This document shows positions 18,202 through 27,599 of a DNA stretch of 64,000 bases, piece by piece. How positions within the stretch are numbered: the first letter of the stretch is position 1; every line of letters starts with the position of its first letter. Under the pieces are notes generated by a model. That model made no database searches. It worked only from the letters and a program-made list of their open reading frames with translations, and was not told the DNA's origin. A program made the position numbers and the translations under genes. The stretch is from IMG/VR virus record IMGVR_UViG_3300042484_002457, positions 145,544 through 209,543 of that record. One strand, given 5' to 3'.

Positions 18202-18607
18202 ATACGCATTCGTAATCAAGGCCCAGCTATTTCACTGGAATGTGGAGGGTCCAGACTTTGCTCAACTGCACAAGTTCTTTGGCAAGATCTACGACGAAGT
18301 GTACGAAAATTCTATAGATCAAACCGCAGAGTTTATCCGCATTTTAGATGACTACACTCCTGGCAGCTTTGAACGTTTTGGTGAGCTGTCTACAATTTCT
18401 GGCCAAACCAAGATTCCGCGTGCTCGACTCATGATTGAAGAGTTGTATGCCAACAACGATCAAATGATAGACTTACTGAACAAAACATTCCAAATTGCTG
18501 AACAAGAAAATCAGCAAGGCATCATGGACTTCCTGGCCGCTCGCATTGACGCACACGGCAAGCACGGTTGGATGTTGAGAAGTTTTTTGAAAGACGCTAG
18601 AGCATGA
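18164..18607 (+). CDS. dps: Dps-family ferritin-like DNA protection protein
   Basis: FHWNVEGPDFAQLHKFF...D..AE ferroxidase motif; SD AAAGGA before ATG 18164; 147 aa. Confidence 0.9.
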   Translation: MLADALKTLLATEYAFVIKAQLFHWNVEGPDFAQLHKFFGKIYDEVYENSIDQTAEFIRILDDYTPGSFERFGELSTISGQTKIPRARLMIEELYANNDQMIDLLNKTFQIAEQENQQGIMDFLAARIDAHGKHGWMLRSFLKDARA

Positions 18608-19341
18608 GTTCATCAGACATTAGAGATATACTAAGCCGACTGTCATCACTGGAGGAGTCTCAATTGACTCCAACTTCGGTTCGGCACGGATTAAATCCAC
18701 AACAGAAAAAAGCAGGGCAACTACCTGCACTGTTCAAACCCAAGGATATAAGTCCCACACTTACAAAGAAACCCTATCAAAAGCATCCCATGGACGGCAA
18801 GCTGGTTGGCGACAGTGTAGAGCCAAAAAAGAATCCGCTTGAAGAAGCCATGCAAGAAGTTGAAGAAGACATGCTCAGCAAGGTCAAATCAACTTTTGTT
18901 GATTATCTTGAGCAATTAGAAGATAAAAACAAAATTGACAGTCGCTTGGTGCGCAAAGCCAAGGCTGAACTCAACATTGATGACGATCCACAAACTGAAG
19001 AAGTTGATGGCGGCGCAACCTGGGACGCTGATGTGGCCCCCCCAAGTGATCCTGGTGATACAGAAACTGCACACGGGCTGGAAGATCATATAGCCGCTGC
19101 GGTGAGTCAGCCAGCAGCACCTGTTGCAACCATGGAAATGGTTGCACAATTTGAAGGTCACGATGGTATCCCGTTTGAATGCTGGGGCGACAACGATCAA
19201 GGATACGAAATACGACGCCAAGACAAAGCATTACCCACACGCTTTAAATCGCCAGGCGAGGCAGAAGTAGCAGTAAAGTTGTTTCAACAAAGAAGAAAGA
19301 AGCAACAGGACTTGAGTCAAGATTATATAGAAGAACGCTGA
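18604..19341 (+). CDS. hypothetical acidic modular protein
   Basis: 245 aa, coupled to dps; LxE/VxE linkers. Confidence 0.7.
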   Translation: MSSSDIRDILSRLSSLEESQLTPTSVRHGLNPQQKKAGQLPALFKPKDISPTLTKKPYQKHPMDGKLVGDSVEPKKNPLEEAMQEVEEDMLSKVKSTFVDYLEQLEDKNKIDSRLVRKAKAELNIDDDPQTEEVDGGATWDADVAPPSDPGDTETAHGLEDHIAAAVSQPAAPVATMEMVAQFEGHDGIPFECWGDNDQGYEIRRQDKALPTRFKSPGEAEVAVKLFQQRRKKQQDLSQDYIEER

Positions 19342-19342
19342 T

Positions 19343-22048
19343 ATGTACATTACACAACTATTACCACAACAAACGTCTAGCATTCGTAGACTAGACGAAA
19401 GTGTCCTATTAGAAGATCCAGTATACCGCAAGTTCAAGACTGTGGGTCGTTACATTGCTGAACGCCGCATGAGCGAAAAAGAAATTCTACAAGTATTTGC
19501 AGACGCCGAAGCAGGCATGACTGACAAAGCTACCGGAGCCAACCGTACTATGTTAGGCCGTGGCAAAGATACCACCATGGACTTTGCTGGCGGTGTAAAA
19601 GACGCAGTGTCTAGTGTACTCAACAGCATACAGAATTCAGTTCCTGTTGCCGCAGTAGATGTTGCTTATGACCAAGCCACTGACGCTTTGGCCAATATGG
19701 CTGGCGGACAAAAAGGCAAAGTCATGCAGGCCATCAAAGGCTATCGCAACTTGGTCAAACAGTATCCTAAAACAGCAGGCTTTGCCAAAGCAGCCTTGGT
19801 TGCTATCGCTGGTCTAGCCACAGGCGGTGCAGGGTTGCCTGCTATTGCAGGTTTGACCTATGCACTGGATTCGGCTATCCGTGGAGATAAACTATCCAGC
19901 GTTCTTGGCAAAGGTGCTGGCGCTACTGCTGTTACTTGGGGCGGTCAACAAGTGGCCGGTGCTTTGGGCGGTGGAGATGCTGCTACTCCTGATTCAAATT
20001 CTCAAGGTCCAAATGTTGATGATAGAATTGATGCTGCTAGAGCAAGAGTTGACGCAGCCAATTCCAAATTAGGAATAGACGGGTCTGCACAGAACTACGA
20101 TGTTACAGGTAATGTCAGTCAGGCTGCCGGAGTTGATACACCTTTGCCACAAGGTGCCACAGTAAGATGCCCGTTGGGATCATGCAATGGTGATGCATGG
20201 CAAGTGAAGCCTGGCGAAACTTTTAGCGATATTGCACAACAAATTGGTGTGCCACCAGAAGAGCTAGTTAAACTGAATCCTGGGCTTGCTGGACCTGGCG
20301 GCACTTATACTGTGATGAAAGGTGACCAACTGGGATTTATTGCTCAAGCGCAAGGAACAACACCCGAAGCAATTCGCGCAGCAAATCCAGATATTAATTT
20401 TTCCAAGGCATTGCAGCAAGGACAAGAAATCAATTTACCTGCTGCTGGTACTCCTGGTCAAGGCAGTGTGTGGGCAGATTACAAGGGCGGCATGTATGGA
20501 GACAAAGCAGCCGCGCAAACAGCAGGTTCTGGCACAGGATCTGTTGGACCAACAAATCTTGGACCAAATTTTAATCCGGACAATGTTCCTGCAGGTTGGA
20601 CAATGAAACAAGCACCTAGTCCAATAGACACAACTGCTGGAACTACTCAACGTTATATTCCACAGTCTGATGGTACTTGGATTGATGCTAGCACGGGCAA
20701 AGTTGCAGATGCTGCTAAACTACAAGCATCGCAGGACGCTGTGAGAAATGCGTTGCGCACAGGATTTAAAGAATCTATCAAGTTTAAAACACTGCCAGTT
20801 GACAAATTAATTGATCACAAACTCACTGTAATGTCTTGGGCACTAAATGAAAGTGTAGGCAAACCACAAGGTCAAAGCGTACAGCTGACCACTGCTGGTA
20901 CCTACACAGTGTTTGAAAACGTTGACCGATATCGCAAGGCCGTCATGGAACTCAAAGGTGTGCCAGGCAGCACACGCCCAGCTCAATATCGACCAGACAT
21001 GTCCGGCGGCGCCGGCGTGAAATCCAAGCCAGGGATTGTTGGCAAAGGCCTTAACTGGTTAGACAAAACTGCAGGCAAAGTAGGCGGAGCACTGAGCAAT
21101 TTTGGACATCAGTTTACTACTAACGTCACAAAAGAAAAACTCAAGATGAACTGGCACCAGGCCGGCAAGCCCAGTGATTCAGATCAATTGGCTGCTTGGT
21201 TAGCCAAACAAGGTGTGCCACAAGACGTTGTTACCAGTGTGTATAGCAAGATGGGTATTCCTGTTAGTGCGCCAAGTCCAGTCCCAACACCTGAGCCTGC
21301 GCCAATGGATACTAATCCCGCACCAACACCGTCTCCAACACCTGTATCGATAAATCGTTCAGGCATTGGAAGAATAGCAGGATCAACTGAAGTTGCGTCA
21401 GGCTTGATAAATCCCAAAACTAAAAAACCATACACTTATCAAGAACTCAGAGCCATGGGCAGCGAACCAGAGACTGCACCAACTACTCCAACTACGCCAA
21501 GTACAACACCAACAGTTGCCCCAGTAGGTTACAACGCCAAGAACGTTATGAACCTGCCAGGCATGGAAAAATATGCCAAGCAGCCTGCAGCGCCGGCCAA
21601 GACAGCCAACTTTGGCGTACCCAATGCATACAGCAAAACTACTACCACAGTTAAACCCATGGCTGGGGTACCTGGTGCCAAGACTGCTACACCAGCAGCA
21701 CCTGTTGCACCAGCAGCACCTGCAGCGCCTGGCGTACCAGCAGCACCTACAATGAAAATTGGTGGCCAGGCCTTGAATCCAAAGAATCCCGCCGATAAAA
21801 AGATCATTGACAAAGTACAAGCACAGGCTGAAAAAGTAGCAGAAGCTCTTGAAATACCTGTGTCCAAAATGCTAGACCTAGTTGAGACAAAAGAAGATGT
21901 GCGCCAGATTAAAAATTTCATTGATCAGACCTTTGTAAAATATGGTATGATAGGCGAAAGTGCATTTGTTGTTCGTAACAAATTGATTGAGCACGTGACA
22001 CATGTTGGCGCACAACGCCGTAGAGAGTTTGCCCGCAAGAACAGCTGA
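19343..22048 (+). CDS. 901 aa LysM-domain protein with Gly/Ala-rich hydrophobic helices and Pro-rich linkers
   Basis: Two LysM repeats (WQVKPGETFSDIA...LNPGL; YTVMKGDQLGFIA...ANPDI...QEINLP); GFAKAALVAIAGLATGGAGLPAIAGLTYAL. Confidence 0.75.
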   Translation: MYITQLLPQQTSSIRRLDESVLLEDPVYRKFKTVGRYIAERRMSEKEILQVFADAEAGMTDKATGANRTMLGRGKDTTMDFAGGVKDAVSSVLNSIQNSVPVAAVDVAYDQATDALANMAGGQKGKVMQAIKGYRNLVKQYPKTAGFAKAALVAIAGLATGGAGLPAIAGLTYALDSAIRGDKLSSVLGKGAGATAVTWGGQQVAGALGGGDAATPDSNSQGPNVDDRIDAARARVDAANSKLGIDGSAQNYDVTGNVSQAAGVDTPLPQGATVRCPLGSCNGDAWQVKPGETFSDIAQQIGVPPEELVKLNPGLAGPGGTYTVMKGDQLGFIAQAQGTTPEAIRAANPDINFSKALQQGQEINLPAAGTPGQGSVWADYKGGMYGDKAAAQTAGSGTGSVGPTNLGPNFNPDNVPAGWTMKQAPSPIDTTAGTTQRYIPQSDGTWIDASTGKVADAAKLQASQDAVRNALRTGFKESIKFKTLPVDKLIDHKLTVMSWALNESVGKPQGQSVQLTTAGTYTVFENVDRYRKAVMELKGVPGSTRPAQYRPDMSGGAGVKSKPGIVGKGLNWLDKTAGKVGGALSNFGHQFTTNVTKEKLKMNWHQAGKPSDSDQLAAWLAKQGVPQDVVTSVYSKMGIPVSAPSPVPTPEPAPMDTNPAPTPSPTPVSINRSGIGRIAGSTEVASGLINPKTKKPYTYQELRAMGSEPETAPTTPTTPSTTPTVAPVGYNAKNVMNLPGMEKYAKQPAAPAKTANFGVPNAYSKTTTTVKPMAGVPGAKTATPAAPVAPAAPAAPGVPAAPTMKIGGQALNPKNPADKKIIDKVQAQAEKVAEALEIPVSKMLDLVETKEDVRQIKNFIDQTFVKYGMIGESAFVVRNKLIEHVTHVGAQRRREFARKNS

Positions 22049-22049
22049 A

Positions 22050-22143
22050 CACACCTTAGGACCGGTACTTGTTACCGTAAGTGTGAGGCGGCTGCTGCCT
22101 TGGAATTGAACGATTCGCTACCTAGTAAATTCCTAAAACGAGC
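22050..22143 (+). ncRNA. candidate structured RNA motif (three hairpins)
   Basis: ACAC-TTA/TAA-GTGT with inner GGTA/TACC; AGGC/GCCT; GGAATT/AATTCC in non-coding gap. Confidence 0.4.
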
Positions 22144-22155
22144 ATATACATCCCG

Positions 22156-22192
22156 CAGCGGCTTGACCAAGGCCGCTGTTTTCATTTATACT
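22156..22192 (+). terminator. intrinsic terminator overlapping a sigma70 promoter
   Basis: CAGCGGC/GCCGCTG then TTTTCATTT; TTGACC 22163-22168 in the loop, TATACT 22187-22192. Confidence 0.65.
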
Positions 22193-22215
22193 AGTACTTT
22201 ACAACAGGAGGTCCT

Positions 22216-22476
22216 ATGTCGGACAAAACTTTTAACGGCGATCAAAAAATCAAACTGATAACTATCATCAATGAGGGCATGGCAGTCATGCACGAAATTG
22301 AAACACTGCAAGGTGGCCTCAATGACACCATCAAAGCTGTGGCCGAAGAACTGGAAGTCAAGCCAGCTATTCTCAAGAAGGCAATCAAACTTGCACACAA
22401 AGCTGAATTTGGCAAAGAGAAACAAGACCACGAAACTCTAGAAACTATTCTTGAAACAGTGGGGCGCACATTGTAA
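22216..22476 (+). CDS. small helical dsDNA-binding protein (T4 DsbA / GapR-like)
   Basis: 86 aa, IKAVAEELEVKPAILKKAIKLAHK pattern, SD AGGAGG, next to DNA polymerase. Confidence 0.55.
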   Translation: MSDKTFNGDQKIKLITIINEGMAVMHEIETLQGGLNDTIKAVAEELEVKPAILKKAIKLAHKAEFGKEKQDHETLETILETVGRTL

Positions 22477-23112
22477 TTAATTTTTAGAAGCAGCTCTTCT
22501 CTGGTGTGCTAGTCTCATACGTTCTTTGGTCTCCGCAGAATGCGTTTTTCCTAGCATGCCCGACACTTTAGGTTTTTTACTGTATGTCTCTCTAAGAGAC
22601 TCTTTAATTTTCTTTTTTGTTTCTTCCGATCGCATCGATTTGCTACGCGAATTTCCAATTAGTGATTTACTAATTTTTTCCTTAGTTTCATCACTGGTTA
22701 TTTGCAAGGCTCGTTTATTGCGAATTTTTTGTTTGATTTTCTCAGATAGCATTTTGCCTGTTTGAGCAAGACGAATACTATTCTTGTGTTCTTCACTAAG
22801 TGATTCGCACTTGAATCGATTTTTTCCGTGAAAACAAGATCGATTCAATAGTAAATTGCTACCCCAGTTTTCAAATATCAATTGCTGTTCAAAATCGTAT
22901 GCATCATTGCCAGTATAAAACTCTGCAATAATATACCATACATAATCATCAAAGTTGTTAGAAACAATAAGGGATGATGTTTTATAATACATAAAATCTA
23001 CATTAGATGGTAATGTGTTGGCTTCTCTGTAGCCGATATAAAATTCTTTTGATTCTTTATGAATGCACATATAAACATACGGCATTGCCTTCGTTGATGG
23101 ATAAGTATTCAT
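22477..23112 (-). CDS. GIY-YIG-type homing endonuclease with NUMOD3 repeats
   Basis: YVYMCIH...FYIGYR; repeated (L/H)SEE.K.KI and GKTHSAETKERM motifs; start MNTYP after SD AAAAGGAG. Confidence 0.8.
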   Translation of the reverse strand: MNTYPSTKAMPYVYMCIHKESKEFYIGYREANTLPSNVDFMYYKTSSLIVSNNFDDYVWYIIAEFYTGNDAYDFEQQLIFENWGSNLLLNRSCFHGKNRFKCESLSEEHKNSIRLAQTGKMLSEKIKQKIRNKRALQITSDETKEKISKSLIGNSRSKSMRSEETKKKIKESLRETYSKKPKVSGMLGKTHSAETKERMRLAHQRRAASKN

Positions 23113-23180
23113 GCTGATTGCTCCTTTTAGCATTAGAGCCGGTGGATGCGTCCAACATCGCGACTGGCAACTTTATTTAT
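23113..23180 (-). promoter_or_regulatory. structured endonuclease leader (second copy)
   Basis: ATAAATA late promoter, nested hairpin, CTCTAATGC spacer, SD; homologous to 4651-4720. Confidence 0.7.
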
Positions 23181-23242
23181 CTTTTAAATTGTATTTAGAC
23201 TGCGTTTAGTTTATACTCTTAACTTAATATTGGAGAATTATC

Positions 23243-25906
23243 ATTAGCTACGTAGACAGTTTATTTGATCGTGAGCACGATCGCATTCATGTTGTTGAGC
23301 GCCGTGATGGTGTTCGCAAATATCAAGAATACCCGGCCAATTATGTTTTTTATTACGACGACCCACGTGGCAAGTTCAAAAGCATTTATAGTACGCCAGT
23401 ATCAAGATTCAGCACACGCAACAACAAAGAGTTTCGCAAAGAAGTTCGCATGCATTCCGGCAAGCAACTTTACGAAAGCGACATCAACCCTATCTTTAGG
23501 TGCTTGGAAGAAAACTACAAAGATGTCGATGCTCCAGAACTGCACACAGCATTTTTCGACATTGAAGTAGATTTTGATAAAGTTCGGGGTTTTAGTCCTG
23601 TTGAAGATCCATTCAATCCTATCACTGCAATTTCTGTTTATCTAGATTGGTTGGATCAGTTAATAACCTTGGCGGTGCCGCCCAAGGGCCTGAGTTGGGA
23701 AACTGCGCAAGATTTGGTCAAAGAATTTGATAATACTATTCTGTTTGATAACGAAGCAGACATGATCAAAACTTTTCTTGATCTCATTGACGATGCAGAC
23801 GTACTGTCAGGTTGGAACTCGGAAGGTTATGACATTCCGTACACTGTAAACAGAACCATACGTATTCTCAGCAAAGACGATACTCGTAAGTTTTGTTTAT
23901 GGGGGCAGTTGCCCAAGAAGCGCATGTTCGAACGCTTTGGTGCTGAACAAGAAACTTATGACTTGGTGGGCCGTGTTCACATGGACTATATGCAGTTGTA
24001 CCGCAAGTACACTTATGAAGAACGGCACAGCTACAGCTTGGACGCCATTGCTGAATACGAGCTAGGTGAACGCAAAACACAGTTTGAAGGTACACTGGAT
24101 TCCTTGTATAATCAACACTTCAAGACATTTATTGAATACAACCGTCAAGATACCTTGTTGTTAAACAAGCTGGACAAGAAATTGCGATTCCTGGAACTGG
24201 CCAGCGAACTGGCACATGCCAACACTGTGCTACTACAGACCACCATGGGCGCTGTGGCAGTTACCGAACAGGCCATTATCAACGAAGCACACGAACGTGG
24301 CATGGTTGTGCCCAATCGCAAACAGCGACTGGACAGTGAAGACACACAAGCAGCTGGAGCATATGTTGCATATCCCAAAAAAGGCATGCACGAGTGGGTG
24401 GGATCAGTAGACATTAACTCACTGTATCCGTCGGCCATTCGAGCCATGAACATGGGCCCCGAGACTGTGATTGGACAGTTGCGACCCATCATGACTGACA
24501 GGTATATTGCAGACAAAATGGCCAAGAACCGTGGCAACTTTGCTGACGCCTGGGAAGGCTTGTTTGGATCGCTTGAATACACTGCTGTGATGGAACAGAA
24601 TCGTGGCACTGAAATCATCATCGACTGGGAGTCAGGCCAAGAAACCAAGCACAGTGCCGCTGAAGTTTGGAACTTGATGTTTGACAGTAACCAGCCTTGG
24701 ATTTTGACTGCAAACGGTACTATTCTAAGTTTTGAGAAACGAGGTATCATTCCTGGTTTGCTGGAGCGTTGGTATAGTGAACGTAAAGAAATGCAGGCCA
24801 AGAAAAAAGATGCCACTGATCCCAAAGAGATTGCGTTCTGGGACAAGCGACAACTGGTCAAAAAGATTAACTTGAACAGCTTGTATGGTGCTATTTTGAA
24901 TCCAGGTTGCAGATTCTTTGACAAACGCATTGGACAGTCAACCACACTCACTGGTCGAGCAATTGCTAGACACATGGATGCTTACATCAATGAATGTGTA
25001 ACTGGCAAGTACGACCACCTGGGCGAAGCAGTGATTTATGGTGACACAGACTCATGCTATTTCTCAGCCTGGCCGGTGCTACAGAAGGAAGTTGAACAAG
25101 GACGTATGGAGTGGAGCAAGGAAACTTGTATTGCACTGTATGATTCAATTGCAGACCAAGTCAACGAAAGCTTTCCTACATTCATGGAACAGGCATTTCA
25201 TTGTCCCAGAGACATGGGCTCATTGATCAAGTGTGGTCGAGAAATGGTTGCAGATCGCAGTTTGTTTATCACAAAGAAACGCTATGCCGTAAACATCATT
25301 GATCTAGAAGGCAAACGACTAGATGTCAATGGCAAGATTGGCAAGACCAAGGCCACTGGCTTGGACTTGAAACGTAGTGATACACCCAAAGTTATTCAAG
25401 ACTTCTTGTTGGAAATTCTAAATAGTCTGTTGGCAGGCGCTGACAAAGATACTATTGTAGAAAAAATTCGTGAGTTCAAATACAAGTTTATGGAACGCCC
25501 GGGTTGGGAAAAAGGCTCACCCAAGCGTGTGAACAACTTGACCAAGTACGCTGCTGACGAAGCACGTGAAGGCAAAGCAAACATGCCTGGTCATGTGCGA
25601 GCAGCACTGAACTGGAACAACCTGCGTAGAATGAACTCGGACAACTACAGTATGCAGATTGTGGATGGTATGAAAACCATTGTGTGCAAGCTCAAGAGCA
25701 ATGCACTGGGCTGGACGTCAATTGGTTATCCCACAGATGAACAACGTTTGCCTGCTTGGTTTACAGAATTGCCGTTTGATAACGACCTCATGGAAGCCAC
25801 TGTTGTGGACAAAAAAGTTGACAACTTGTTGGGTGTACTAGAATGGGATCTAGCCTCAGCAACCAATACTGAAAATACATTTACATCATTGTTTAGCTTT
25901 GAATGA
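23243..25906 (+). CDS. family B DNA polymerase with 3'-5' exonuclease, probable non-canonical ATT start
   Basis: FDIE, SGWNSEGYDIPY, YNRQD exo motifs; DINSLYPS, KINLNSLYG, YGDTDS, KKRY; open frame continues 69 codons upstream of ATG 23450 to GGAG-N7-ATT AGC TAC GTA GAC. Confidence 0.9.
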   Translation: MSYVDSLFDREHDRIHVVERRDGVRKYQEYPANYVFYYDDPRGKFKSIYSTPVSRFSTRNNKEFRKEVRMHSGKQLYESDINPIFRCLEENYKDVDAPELHTAFFDIEVDFDKVRGFSPVEDPFNPITAISVYLDWLDQLITLAVPPKGLSWETAQDLVKEFDNTILFDNEADMIKTFLDLIDDADVLSGWNSEGYDIPYTVNRTIRILSKDDTRKFCLWGQLPKKRMFERFGAEQETYDLVGRVHMDYMQLYRKYTYEERHSYSLDAIAEYELGERKTQFEGTLDSLYNQHFKTFIEYNRQDTLLLNKLDKKLRFLELASELAHANTVLLQTTMGAVAVTEQAIINEAHERGMVVPNRKQRLDSEDTQAAGAYVAYPKKGMHEWVGSVDINSLYPSAIRAMNMGPETVIGQLRPIMTDRYIADKMAKNRGNFADAWEGLFGSLEYTAVMEQNRGTEIIIDWESGQETKHSAAEVWNLMFDSNQPWILTANGTILSFEKRGIIPGLLERWYSERKEMQAKKKDATDPKEIAFWDKRQLVKKINLNSLYGAILNPGCRFFDKRIGQSTTLTGRAIARHMDAYINECVTGKYDHLGEAVIYGDTDSCYFSAWPVLQKEVEQGRMEWSKETCIALYDSIADQVNESFPTFMEQAFHCPRDMGSLIKCGREMVADRSLFITKKRYAVNIIDLEGKRLDVNGKIGKTKATGLDLKRSDTPKVIQDFLLEILNSLLAGADKDTIVEKIREFKYKFMERPGWEKGSPKRVNNLTKYAADEAREGKANMPGHVRAALNWNNLRRMNSDNYSMQIVDGMKTIVCKLKSNALGWTSIGYPTDEQRLPAWFTELPFDNDLMEATVVDKKVDNLLGVLEWDLASATNTENTFTSLFSFE

Positions 25907-26847
25907 AATTAAGTGAAATAGTTGCATATCTAAACTTGCTGGACACCCTGGACGTTGAGGCCGAGGGTGCCGAAACTCTGCGTCGTTTACAAGCAATTGC
26001 TCATGTGATTGAGACTAATCAGATACAGATAAAAAGTCATACCAAGGACATGAAAGACAGTATTGATTCCATCAACTACTATGTTGGTAAATTTTCAGAA
26101 TCAATGCAACAACTCAAACAAGAACTAAAACAACAGGTTGCAGAACAAGAACCCAGTTACTTGCATGACAGTTACAGGGTGTTTGAACATGAAATGGTAT
26201 TTGAGAACAACGATTACATTCTCAACCGTAGGCTCAAGATTGACGATGACAGCAATATTTTGTTAAGAACAAAACTAAGAAATTTGTCTGATTGGCGGTT
26301 GCCTGGTTTAATTTTTAGACCAGGACTTGAAGACTTTGTTGAAGACCTAGTGCCACTTGATCCATTGTACCTGGTGGACCAACACCAAGATCTATTGGCG
26401 CCGTCAGTTCGCAAGTTTACCCCCGAATATCAACGACGGCTTCGCGAATATGTAGTTGATGACAGACAACCCAACGCCATATTAGAAAAACTGCCCAACA
26501 ACCAATTTGGCTTTGTGTTTGCCTACAACTATTTTAATTACAAGCCCTTGGAAATTCTAAATAGGTATATTGCAGAACTTGCTGTAAAACTGAGACCAGG
26601 TGGAACACTGTTGATGACCTATAACAATTGTGATCAAGCACAGGGCGTGGGTCTTGCTGAACGGGCCTGGATGATGTATCAGCCTCAACGCTTGGTTGTT
26701 GCACAGGTTGAACAGTCGGGACTAGAAGTTGCTGGTGCCTATGATGGACCTGGCGACATAAGCTGGCTGGAAATACGCAAGCCTGGCAATATTGAAACAC
26801 TTCGTGGTGGCCAGACTCTGGCCAAAATTGTTGCACTTTCGCAATAA
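25903..26847 (+). CDS. class I SAM-dependent methyltransferase-like protein
   Basis: GFVFAYNYFNY...LRPGGTLLMTY C-terminal Rossmann motifs; motif I weak. Confidence 0.5.
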   Translation: MKLSEIVAYLNLLDTLDVEAEGAETLRRLQAIAHVIETNQIQIKSHTKDMKDSIDSINYYVGKFSESMQQLKQELKQQVAEQEPSYLHDSYRVFEHEMVFENNDYILNRRLKIDDDSNILLRTKLRNLSDWRLPGLIFRPGLEDFVEDLVPLDPLYLVDQHQDLLAPSVRKFTPEYQRRLREYVVDDRQPNAILEKLPNNQFGFVFAYNYFNYKPLEILNRYIAELAVKLRPGGTLLMTYNNCDQAQGVGLAERAWMMYQPQRLVVAQVEQSGLEVAGAYDGPGDISWLEIRKPGNIETLRGGQTLAKIVALSQ

Positions 26848-26876
26848 AATCTATATAATGTATACAAGGAGCACTT

Positions 26877-27599
26877 ATGAGAGATCATCTTTTAGATTTA
26901 GTAGAACACACTTTTGACCTTGGTTGTATTGACCTAGTTAAAATTACCGGCGACGATACCAGTACACAAATTGCCGGCCTGGCCGAAGATTTAAGTGTGG
27001 TAATTCAAGCCAACTTCCACAATCCTGTGGCAGACTTTATTGGCACATTTGGCATGCCAAACTTGGCCAAACTCAAGACCTTGCTTAATCTGCAAGAGTA
27101 CAAAGAACATGCCAAGCTTACCATTACACGCAAAGTCACAGGCGAACCTGATGGTATCAATTTTGAAAACAAAGCTGGCGACTTTAAAAACAACTACAGA
27201 TTCATGGCCAGTGAGATTGTAAACGACAAACTCAAAACTGCCAAGTTCAAAGGTGTTAACTGGCACATTGAATTTGAGCCCACAAACGCCAGTATCCAAA
27301 GACTCAAGTGGCAAATGAGCGCCAACACTGAAGAGCCTAACTTTCAAGCCAAGACTGAAAACGGTGATCTCAAGTTCTTCTTTGGTGATCACTCAACTCA
27401 TGCTGGTAACTTTGTGTTCCAAGCTGGTGTTACAGGACAGTTGAAACGTGCATGGTCGTGGCCAGCAGCTCAGGTTGCTAGCATCCTGAGCCTTACAGGT
27501 GACAAAGTTGTGCGCATCAGCGACGACGGTGCTGCACAGATCACAGTGGATTCTGGCTTGGCCGTGTACAACTACATCTTACCAGCACAAAGCAAGTAA
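26877..27599 (+). CDS. DNA sliding clamp (gp45/PCNA-like)
   Basis: 240 aa alpha/beta repeat pattern, ends ...YNYILPA, adjacent to PolB. Confidence 0.6.
   Translation: MRDHLLDLVEHTFDLGCIDLVKITGDDTSTQIAGLAEDLSVVIQANFHNPVADFIGTFGMPNLAKLKTLLNLQEYKEHAKLTITRKVTGEPDGINFENKAGDFKNNYRFMASEIVNDKLKTAKFKGVNWHIEFEPTNASIQRLKWQMSANTEEPNFQAKTENGDLKFFFGDHSTHAGNFVFQAGVTGQLKRAWSWPAAQVASILSLTGDKVVRISDDGAAQITVDSGLAVYNYILPAQSK

Noticed and set aside
21220-21760. Diversity-generating or phase-variable repeats in the Pro/Ala-rich part of the LysM gene
   Set aside because: Ordinary low-complexity linker coding (CCAGCAGCA); no template/variable repeat pair or reverse transcriptase in the window
22477-23450. Intron- or endonuclease-split DNA polymerase suggested by the late ATG and adjacent GIY-YIG gene
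   Set aside because: The polymerase N-terminus is contiguous from ATT 23243; the endonuclease is upstream on the opposite strand and no intron core is visible
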